A stretch of DNA of 24,000 nucleotides from Methanocaldococcus sp. FS406-22 (GCF_000025525.1 NC_013887.1:110729-134728), one strand, 5' to 3'. Shown: positions 8,029-15,499, counted from the stretch's first letter. A program made the numbers and translations. Notes: generated from the letters alone by a model not told the origin.

Positions 8029-11000
8029 CTTATTGGAATACATAATAAATAAGAGTCCTGTTATAGACACCTATTCTGCTGAAAACTTAATAAATGAACC
8101 AAATTTAGTTGTGGATAAATATGAAAGCCACTTAAAAACATATATAAAGGTTGATGATGAGGAATTTGATAAAAGATTTATAAGGGAAATTAAAAAAGGA
8201 AAAACAGTAAAAGGCTATATTTCAGCTCCTTATGGTTATGGAAAGACAAGTAAAGCCTTGAGTTTGTGGGATTATTGTAAGAAAAATAACATCCTTGCAA
8301 TTCCTCCATTTAAATTCGATGGAAAACTTGATACAATAATGGATGCAGTTTATGGTTGGACAAGATATGTTTACAAACTTAAATATCCTGAGTATTTAGA
8401 CAAAATTGAGAAAATTTATAGAAAATATAAGGGTCTAAGTATAGAAAAAGAAATTGAATATTTAATGAAAAATAGAAATTTAACGGAAAATGAAGCTAAA
8501 GAGATAGTTTATGATCTTTTAAATAGGGGGAAATTAATTGTATCAATTACACCAAAAGATCTAATGAATTTCTTAAAGGAAATGAATGAAATCATAAAAG
8601 AACATTTTGAAGGTATGGCAATTTTCGTTGATGAAGTTCAGGGAATAAAAAATATGGAAATTATAAATAACTTAAGAAACTTTATTTTTGAGTTAAGCAT
8701 TAACAACATAGGTTTAGGTATTTTGTTTATAATTCCTGATTATCAGGAGGAAGATTTAAACATAAGAGCTGGAGATCTAATTGATAGACTACGAAAAGAT
8801 GGATTTTATTTAAATTTAGTAAATATATATAGTGTCAATTTCGCAGAGGACTTATGGAAAAAATACGGAGAACTTTTACAATTTAACCCCTATGATATCA
8901 TAACAGAAGATTGTTTAAGAAGTATTGGAGAGATATCATCAAGAGAAGATTTAGGAAAAGGTCCAAGAACAGTTATAGGAGCGTTTAAATGTGCATGTAT
9001 GAAATATAAAGAGAAATTTGAACCATATACAGTGTTTGATTTTATTAATGATATCTTAAATGGAGAGATTAAGTTTATACACCAAAAGTTTTTAGATGCT
9101 TTAAATGAAGGACTATCATTAAAGAAAGTTGATTCAGACAAAAAGAGAAAGGTTATTAAACTTGTAGGAGCATTTCCAAGAGGAATTTCCGAAGAAAAAA
9201 TAAAAGATTATGGATTATATGATGAATACGAGGAATTGTCAAGATTTTACTATGGAACAGAAATCGTTTATGCACTTGAAGGATATACTCTAAAAGGTCT
9301 TCTAAAAGGTGAAACAGCTACATATGTTGAACAGCATATAAGAAAATTTAGAAGCATATTTAATGAGTCTTGGGAAGGAGAAATGATTGACGCATTCATA
9401 ACTTATATATTACCTGAGATATTTCCAAGGAAAAAAGGAAGTCAAATCATGGGTTGGAGAATAGATGAAAAGTATCCTATAGTTGGGGGGTATTATCACC
9501 AATTAACAGGAACATTTAATCCGAAATATCCATTTAGAACTATTGGAGTTTATTCCTTACGATATGATACTAACGAAAAGGAGAATACATTGGTAGATGT
9601 TGAATTTAGGTTTATATTAGATAAAAACTGTAAGAATAATGATTTAGTTATTGATTATAGAAATGGCGAAGTAATTTTTAGATTTAATGTTTTAAAGAAA
9701 GTTGGAGAAGATAAACTTCCAGGAGATCTGAAAAAACTCCAACAATATGTTAAACCGCAAGAAGTAACCCCAATGTTTATGCTATGTCTATTAAATTATT
9801 TTGACAAGATAAAAGAAAAAGAAGATGAATATGCAAAGCATGAAAGTGAGATTAATGCACTAAAATCAATTCTAATAAGATATTTGAAGAGATTTTTGTT
9901 TTCTGATGATTTGGTAGAGAAATATAATTTAAGAAAACGACAGGAAAAAATCGTTGAAGAAGTATTTAACAGAATTTGTGAATATAAATTTAGAGATTAC
10001 AGCACACTAATACATTCCCCTAACTGGCATAAAGATTTGGAGAGATATAGAATTTTATTAAATTCATTATCAATTTCGAAAAGAAGAGGAGAAGAATTTG
10101 AAACCACTAAAAAGAAATTGGTTTCTATATTAACAGGTAGTAAAAATCCAAATGTTGCAGGATTTAAAGAAGAATGTGAATACGGTAAGTGGAAGGATTT
10201 AATTAATTTAAAACATTGGGGAAAAGATGAAAAAATTAGAGTAGAGTTGAAGAAACATCCACTTGAAGAAATGATATTAAAAGAATTTATTGAAAAGTGG
10301 ATACAGCCAATAAGTGTTGATGAAATAGTTAGTTATGGAATGAGTTTAGGATACATCCCAGAAGAAGTTGAAGAAATTTTAAAAATCCTTGAGAGTAGAA
10401 GATACATTGAAATTAACAAGGGATATGTCTTCAAATCTAGAGAAATAACAAATACTGATGTTCTAAATAAATTTGATGAAGTAGAAAATCTTGCAAAAAA
10501 AGTAGTGACTCTCTATATGAAGTATGGGAAAAACGTTCCTAACATACTTGTTAAACATTCAAAAAGAGAAGAGATCAAACAACAAACTGATCCTGATTTG
10601 TTATATAAAGAGCTAGAAATTATTGAGAGTTGGGAGAAGTCATTAAAGGAATATCTTAAAACTATAGAGAATGAAATAAAAAATGATAAAGAAGAATTGA
10701 TAAATAAAGTGCTAAAAATAGGGGAAAAAATAGATGACCTGAAAAATAAAATAGATAACATAAAAGAAGAGATTATTAAAACTCACTATTCATTGGGAGG
10801 AATCGTCAGGCATTTGGAAGAGCAAATAAAAATAACAAAAAAGAAATGCAACAAAATATCAAAAGATCTACTAATACTGAAAGAAAAAATAAATTCTACA
10901 AGAGATCTTGAACCTCTTGCTGAATGTCTAAATGAAGCAAAGAAAACATTTAAAAATCTGAATTATGAGTATGAGGATGTTCTTACAAAATACAATAAAT

Positions 11001-11818
11001 TTAAATCATGGTTAGGGATTTTAAGAAAATTGGAAGAATTATATGAAAAAATTGATGTTTATAGAGATTATATTGACATCAAAGAAGAACATGATAAATT
11101 CAATGAATTGATAGAAGATATAATCCAAGGATTTGCAAGAGAAGGGGCAGATTATTTAGATATGGATAGAGACGTAGAAGAGGACATAAAGTTAATAGAC
11201 GAGAATATAAAGAAAAAAGAAAGAAATCTAAGAAATGAATTTAATAAGATACAAGAAGAAATAAGAACGAAAATGAATATATTAGCTCAAACGTTAAAAC
11301 CATTGAACATTCAGCATTATTCATATAGGGAAGCATTCAGTATTGAAGATAGAGAGACAGCATATCAAAATCTAGTAAGAAATGTAAAATCATATATAAA
11401 AGAAGTTGTAGATAAGTTAAATGATCAAGTTAATCATCTAAAAGCAGAAGTTGAACTTAGATTAAATAATAATGAAAACTATATCTCTAAATTGAAAGCA
11501 ATAGGAGAAGAAGTAGAGAATATAGATATCGAAGTTATAGATAAAGACAACTTAATGGAATCTGTTGAAGAAATAAAATCCAAAATACTTGATATTTGGG
11601 AAAATTTAGAAAAAGTTAGAAAAGAAATAAAAAGAGAGATCATTGAAAGAAGTAAATCAGAAAAATCTGAGGAAGAAATAAAAATAATTGAAATATTAAA
11701 CAAATATGGTGAGATACCAATTGAAAAACTCTCAAAATATTTAAATATGGATATTGAGGGGACTTTAAAATGGTTATTAAAAATGGAAAATGTAGAAATA
11801 ATTGTAAGGAAGAAATAA
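8018..11818 (+). CDS. Large P-loop ATPase, BrxC/PglY (DUF499)-like, with C-terminal coiled coil and putative winged-helix modules
   Basis: 1266 aa. Walker A APYGYGKTS (8225-8251) and Walker B IFVDE (8621-8635). Size and N-terminal ATPase placement match BrxC/PglY. About 10590-11650 is extremely K/E/I/N/L-rich with a heptad-like pattern. wHTH-like stretches are PISVDEIVSYGMSLGYIPEEVEEILKILESRRYIEINKGYVF and the C-terminal IIEILNKYGEIPIEKLSKYLNMDIEGTLKWLLKMENVEII. The ATG is preceded by GGTGAT. The family call is inferred. Confidence 0.6.
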   Translation: MDISLLEYIINKSPVIDTYSAENLINEPNLVVDKYESHLKTYIKVDDEEFDKRFIREIKKGKTVKGYISAPYGYGKTSKALSLWDYCKKNNILAIPPFKFDGKLDTIMDAVYGWTRYVYKLKYPEYLDKIEKIYRKYKGLSIEKEIEYLMKNRNLTENEAKEIVYDLLNRGKLIVSITPKDLMNFLKEMNEIIKEHFEGMAIFVDEVQGIKNMEIINNLRNFIFELSINNIGLGILFIIPDYQEEDLNIRAGDLIDRLRKDGFYLNLVNIYSVNFAEDLWKKYGELLQFNPYDIITEDCLRSIGEISSREDLGKGPRTVIGAFKCACMKYKEKFEPYTVFDFINDILNGEIKFIHQKFLDALNEGLSLKKVDSDKKRKVIKLVGAFPRGISEEKIKDYGLYDEYEELSRFYYGTEIVYALEGYTLKGLLKGETATYVEQHIRKFRSIFNESWEGEMIDAFITYILPEIFPRKKGSQIMGWRIDEKYPIVGGYYHQLTGTFNPKYPFRTIGVYSLRYDTNEKENTLVDVEFRFILDKNCKNNDLVIDYRNGEVIFRFNVLKKVGEDKLPGDLKKLQQYVKPQEVTPMFMLCLLNYFDKIKEKEDEYAKHESEINALKSILIRYLKRFLFSDDLVEKYNLRKRQEKIVEEVFNRICEYKFRDYSTLIHSPNWHKDLERYRILLNSLSISKRRGEEFETTKKKLVSILTGSKNPNVAGFKEECEYGKWKDLINLKHWGKDEKIRVELKKHPLEEMILKEFIEKWIQPISVDEIVSYGMSLGYIPEEVEEILKILESRRYIEINKGYVFKSREITNTDVLNKFDEVENLAKKVVTLYMKYGKNVPNILVKHSKREEIKQQTDPDLLYKELEIIESWEKSLKEYLKTIENEIKNDKEELINKVLKIGEKIDDLKNKIDNIKEEIIKTHYSLGGIVRHLEEQIKITKKKCNKISKDLLILKEKINSTRDLEPLAECLNEAKKTFKNLNYEYEDVLTKYNKFKSWLGILRKLEELYEKIDVYRDYIDIKEEHDKFNELIEDIIQGFAREGADYLDMDRDVEEDIKLIDENIKKKERNLRNEFNKIQEEIRTKMNILAQTLKPLNIQHYSYREAFSIEDRETAYQNLVRNVKSYIKEVVDKLNDQVNHLKAEVELRLNNNENYISKLKAIGEEVENIDIEVIDKDNLMESVEEIKSKILDIWENLEKVRKEIKREIIERSKSEKSEEEIKIIEILNKYGEIPIEKLSKYLNMDIEGTLKWLLKMENVEIIVRKK

Positions 11819-12720
11819 AGAAAATAAAAACTCCTTGTTACTTGAAAATAAAACATAAACTTTCTCTTCTATTTTTTGATTTTGAAGAAATATCTTATGA
11901 TGATTTTTGGAGTATGATTGATGATCCAAATATTGAAATTGAATATAAGAAGTACGTAATATTGGACAAATTTGATGATCGACTACCAATTTATGAAATA
12001 GATCATAATCCTTTTACAGGGGAATTAAATAAAATCTTGAAAGAAAAATATCATCTAATTGAAAATTATATCAAGACACAAAAAGATGTTAAAGAGATTA
12101 TAATCTCTAAAGTAAACAAAAGAACTCCAAAAACAGTTGTTTTATATTTAATAGATGGGTTATCTTATGTTGATTATGTCGAAGCACAAATTCCTTATGA
12201 AGGAGAACCAATATTCGTTAATGGAGAAACATCAACTAAAAATGGTTTAATGAATATCATTTATGGAAAAAATAACATTCCAATTGCAAAAGAGCTCCAA
12301 AAATTTGGATATAGGTGCTTTGGACAGACATATTGGAATAGGAAAAATGAACTAACAGATATTTTGTTTAGATATTTTAATGAAAAATACATTTTTCACA
12401 GTGATGAAGAAATCTACAATGTAATAAATAAATACAGATCATCAAAAAAATATATCCAGATATATAGGGGAGGGTTGGATGAGTATGCACATAAATTGAG
12501 AGACATTAGTAAAAAATCCATAATTAACAAAATAAAAGAGATATTTGAAGATATAAATAAGCTAAATGATATTTTAAATAACATAAAAGAACCATATTTA
12601 GTCGTAATTACTTCAGATCATGGTATAAAGTGGAATTTTGAAGATCCTCATAAAAAAGGCAACCATAAAGAACTTACATTTGAAACGTGTTTTGTGCCTT
12701 TAATTATAATTGAGGGATAG
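11770..12720 (+). CDS. PglZ-type alkaline-phosphatase-superfamily protein
   Basis: Metal and nucleophile landmarks occur in PglZ order: VVLYLIDGLSY (Asp 12154-12156), ETSTKNGLMNIIYG, GGLDEYAH, VVITSDHG (12610-12624). The track start 11770 overlaps the previous ORF by 49 nt. An in-frame TTG at 11842 (MKIKHKL...) is the more likely start. Confidence 0.7.
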   Translation: MVIKNGKCRNNCKEEIKKIKTPCYLKIKHKLSLLFFDFEEISYDDFWSMIDDPNIEIEYKKYVILDKFDDRLPIYEIDHNPFTGELNKILKEKYHLIENYIKTQKDVKEIIISKVNKRTPKTVVLYLIDGLSYVDYVEAQIPYEGEPIFVNGETSTKNGLMNIIYGKNNIPIAKELQKFGYRCFGQTYWNRKNELTDILFRYFNEKYIFHSDEEIYNVINKYRSSKKYIQIYRGGLDEYAHKLRDISKKSIINKIKEIFEDINKLNDILNNIKEPYLVVITSDHGIKWNFEDPHKKGNHKELTFETCFVPLIIIEG

Positions 12721-12721
12721 T

Positions 12722-13882
12722 ATGCTATTCATAGGAAGAGAAAAGCTAAAAGACAGATTAGGCAATGATATTTATATAGATGCCTCAAAATCCCATGCAA
12801 TTTTTATTTGTGGTAAAAGAGGTAGTGGGAAGAGTTACACATTGGGAGTTTTAGTCGAAGAACTTCAAGAAAAGTATCCAGATTATTTAAAAATTATTAT
12901 CGATCCAATGGGGATATTTTGGACTATGGTAGAACCAAATGAAGAACAAGAAGAAGAACTTTGGGATTGGAATTTGTATGCTGAAGGATATCCAGTTAAA
13001 CTAATAGTTCCCGGAGAAATAGAGGAAAGGTTTGATGAAGATGTTATAAGAGAGTTAGAAAATAGGGGAATAGAGTTTAAAAAACTTCTTTTAAATCCTT
13101 CTGATATCTCAGCAGAGGGGTGGTGTGATTTATTCAATTTAAATATAAACGAAATGATGGGAATAGCCTTGTATAGAGCAATTGATAATATTGAGAAAGA
13201 TTTTTTCACAATAGACGATATTATTTATGAGGTTGAAAGAGATACAAAATCAAAGGAATCTACAAAAGAAGCATTAATAAATCGTCTAAACATGGCAAAA
13301 AAATGGGGAATTTTTTCAGATGAATACATCCCAATAGAAGATATTTTTGAAAGAAATGCAATAAATGTAATTGATTTAAGTGTTATTGAAAGCGGAAGAT
13401 ATGGACTGAGAGATTTAATAGTATCGATAATTGCAAAATATTTATTTAATCAACGATTGAAAGCAAGAAAAAAAGAAATGCTAAATTTACAATCAAAAAT
13501 GCCAAAAGTTTGGTTATTTATTGATGAAGCCCATAATTTCATCCCTTCTGGGAAATCAACATTATCAAAAGAGATTCTAATAAGATGGGCAAAGGAGGGA
13601 AGACAACCAGGATTGAACTTAGTTATAGCTACTCAACAACCATCAGCAATAGATAATGAAGTTTTAAGCCAATGCGACATCATCTTTGCACATAAAGTAA
13701 CAAATAGAGAGGATATAAATGCATTAAATAAGCTCAATCAAGAGTATATGGGAAAAGAGTTAAAAGTATATATTAAAGATCTAAATAAAGGAGAGTGTGT
13801 TTTTATTGATGATGAAAAAGAATTCTTAAAAATTATAAAAATAAGGCCAAGAAAAAGTAAACATGGAGGAGGAGAGAAGTAA
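12722..13882 (+). CDS. HerA/FtsK-superfamily ATPase (DUF87-like core)
   Basis: Walker A GKRGSGKSYT (12812-12841), Walker B VWLFIDEAHNF (13508-13540), then GLNLVIATQQPSAIDNEVLSQCD, typical of HerA/VirB4-like ATPases. The ATG at 12722 is preceded by GAGGGA and lies 1 nt after the upstream stop. The track start is a TTG at 12710. Confidence 0.8.
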   Translation: MLFIGREKLKDRLGNDIYIDASKSHAIFICGKRGSGKSYTLGVLVEELQEKYPDYLKIIIDPMGIFWTMVEPNEEQEEELWDWNLYAEGYPVKLIVPGEIEERFDEDVIRELENRGIEFKKLLLNPSDISAEGWCDLFNLNINEMMGIALYRAIDNIEKDFFTIDDIIYEVERDTKSKESTKEALINRLNMAKKWGIFSDEYIPIEDIFERNAINVIDLSVIESGRYGLRDLIVSIIAKYLFNQRLKARKKEMLNLQSKMPKVWLFIDEAHNFIPSGKSTLSKEILIRWAKEGRQPGLNLVIATQQPSAIDNEVLSQCDIIFAHKVTNREDINALNKLNQEYMGKELKVYIKDLNKGECVFIDDEKEFLKIIKIRPRKSKHGGGEK

Positions 13883-13938
13883 AATATATCGGAATTTCTA
13901 TGAAAAATGCTATTATGTATTATATATGGTGATTAATA

Positions 13939-15033
13939 ATGAAATTCTTCAATAGAGAGAAAGAAATCAAAGAAATTTTATCAATCTTAGAGGGAGAGCC
14001 AAATTTAATTTATTTTATCTACGGCTCTATAAATTCTGGTAAAACTACATTAATAAAACATATCATAGAAAATAGACTAAATGATAATTACAAAGTTTTC
14101 TACATTAATTTCAGAACCTACTTAATATCAGAAAAGAGGGAGTTTATTGAAGCTATTTTCACCACTAAAAAAGATGATTTCTTTGAAAAAATAAAGGATA
14201 AATCAGAGGTTTTAAATTTGATAACCAAAGGAGCTAAGATTCTAACTGGTATTCCAATTCCTGAGATTGAATTTGATAAGTTATTTGAAGAGAAGATAAA
14301 CGATGTTTTTCAGTATTTAAACAGTTTATTGTTAGCGGTTAAAAAGAGTGGGAAAAAGCCAATCCTAATATTAGATGAATTACAAATGATTAAAGATGTT
14401 GTGTTAAATGGGCAGAAATATTTATTAAAAGAGCTATTTCAATTTTTAGTATCTTTAACAAAGGAACAACATCTATGCCATGTTTTTTGTCTAAGTTCTG
14501 ATAGCTTGTTTATTGAGTATGTTTATAACGCTGGAGAGTTAGAAGGAAGAGCTGATTATATTTTAGTGGATGATTTTGATAAACAAACTGCTTTAAAGTT
14601 TATTGATTTCTTAGCAAGGGAGAATAATATGGAACTTTCTGATGAGGATAAGGAATTAATCTACTCTTATGTTGGTGGAAAGCCAATTTTAATAATAAAG
14701 GTATTTGATAAGCTAAAAACAGAAAGAAAATTAAAAGATATTTTAGATACTATACTTAAAGAAGAAGCACAAAAATTAAGATACTTTTTAAAAGATCTGG
14801 ACTATATAAAACCAAAAGTTAATATTGAAGATGAAGTTATTGAAATTAAAAAAGAAGACATAATTGAGGCGTTAAGATTGTTTAAAGATAACTATGAAAT
14901 TAGCGATGATAAAATTCCAAAACCAGTTTATATTTATTTAATTAAAAGAAACATTTTATTCTTAGACCCTATTGAAGGGACTCTAAAACCGCAATCATTT
15001 TTAATCTGGAATGCGATAAAAAGGATTTTATAA
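13939..15033 (+). CDS. Archaeal ATPase family protein (Arch_ATPase/PF01637-like)
   Basis: 364 aa. [12 protein letters not shown]... N-terminus, Walker [10 protein letters not shown] (14023-14049) and Walker B ILILDELQ. It resembles the multi-copy M. jannaschii archaeal ATPase paralog family, and by position is probably the MJ0147 counterpart (from memory). GGTGAT precedes the ATG. Confidence 0.85.
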   Translation: MKFFNREKEIKEILSILEGEPNLIYFIYGSINSGKTTLIKHIIENRLNDNYKVFYINFRTYLISEKREFIEAIFTTKKDDFFEKIKDKSEVLNLITKGAKILTGIPIPEIEFDKLFEEKINDVFQYLNSLLLAVKKSGKKPILILDELQMIKDVVLNGQKYLLKELFQFLVSLTKEQHLCHVFCLSSDSLFIEYVYNAGELEGRADYILVDDFDKQTALKFIDFLARENNMELSDEDKELIYSYVGGKPILIIKVFDKLKTERKLKDILDTILKEEAQKLRYFLKDLDYIKPKVNIEDEVIEIKKEDIIEALRLFKDNYEISDDKIPKPVYIYLIKRNILFLDPIEGTLKPQSFLIWNAIKRIL

Positions 15034-15118
15034 TCTTAGAATAACTGAGAGGCATTGCCGAGCAAAGCGAGGCAATGCATCGGGAGTATAACAATAGAGG
15101 GTTTCCCTCTATGCCTGC
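15034..15118. repeat. GC-rich double-hairpin insert E1 (candidate structured sRNA or miniature mobile element)
   Basis: Hairpin A: GCATTGCC(15052-15059)-GAGCAAAGCGA-GGCAATGC(15071-15078). Hairpin B: TAGAGGG-TTT-CCCTCTA (15095-15111). It shares the core CCGAGCRAAGCGAGG plus GTATAA with the insert at 22651-22716. It is flanked by two versions of the ATPase gene tail. Confidence 0.5.
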
Positions 15119-15143
15119 GAATGCTATAAAAAGAGTGCTATAA
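15119..15143 (+). pseudogene. Orphan duplicate of the last 7 codons + stop of the upstream archaeal-ATPase gene
   Basis: 15120-15143 AAT GCT ATA AAA AGA GTG CTA TAA (NAIKRVL*) versus 15010-15033 AAT GCG ATA AAA AGG ATT TTA TAA (NAIKRIL*). 20/25 nt are identical; three differences are synonymous and the other two produce I->V. Confidence 0.6.
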
Positions 15144-15173
15144 TATATCAAAAACGGTTATGGAGGGATAACA

Positions 15174-15374
15174 ATGAAGATAGAAATAAATGAAAACTTC
15201 TGTAAGGGATGTGATATATGTATTGTAGTATGTCCAAGAGGAGTGTTTGAGAAATCAAAAAAGTTGAATAAAAAAGGTGTCTATCCTCCAATCCCAGTGA
15301 ATGCTGAAAAATGCACAAAATGCAACCTCTGTATATTACAATGTCCAGACCAAGCTATATCTATAGAGGAGTAA
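15174..15374 (+). CDS. 2x[4Fe-4S] ferredoxin
   Basis: 66 aa with two CxxCxxCxxxCP motifs (CKGCDICIVVCP, CTKCNLCILQCP). GGAGGG SD at 15162-15167. Confidence 0.9.
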   Translation: MKIEINENFCKGCDICIVVCPRGVFEKSKKLNKKGVYPPIPVNAEKCTKCNLCILQCPDQAISIEE

Positions 15375-15452
15375 TTAAATTTTTTAATACCCACTACACA
15401 AACTTTTTAATGGATAATAATAAATAAAACCATACTGAAGTTAATTATTTAC

Positions 15453-15470
15453 TATACTACTTATACTACT
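15453..15470. repeat. Perfect tandem 9-mer TATACTACT x2 upstream of gch3
   Basis: 15453-15461 and 15462-15470 are identical, 30-47 nt upstream of the ATG at 15500. Possible promoter or operator element, function unknown. Confidence 0.3.
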
Positions 15471-15499
15471 TTTACATAAATTTTGGAAGAGATGGGAAA

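Noticed and set aside
8890-13209. Minus-strand ORFs 8890-9141, 10513-10761, 11479-11856, 11777-11989 and 12883-13209
   Set aside because: They are antisense to the K/E-rich BrxC-like, PglZ-like and HerA-like genes. Their F/S/I-rich translations are the expected complement of K/E/N codons.
15034-15118. E1/E2 inserts as tRNA, C/D-box or H/ACA sRNA, or as intrinsic terminators
   Set aside because: There is no cloverleaf, no RUGAUGA/CUGA box pairing (only a lone CTGA at 15045-15048), and no ACA/ANA tail geometry. Archaeal termination relies on oligo-T runs, which are absent after the hairpins.
14969-15151. Minus-strand 60-aa ORF spanning the E1 insert
   Set aside because: It starts inside the spacer, runs across the hairpins into the antisense of the ATPase gene tail, and has no SD. 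It is better explained by the GC-rich insert being free of stop codons.
15421-15499. CRISPR or other repeat array
   Set aside because: There are only two adjacent 9-nt copies (15453-15470) with no spacers. No repeat-spacer periodicity occurs anywhere in the window.
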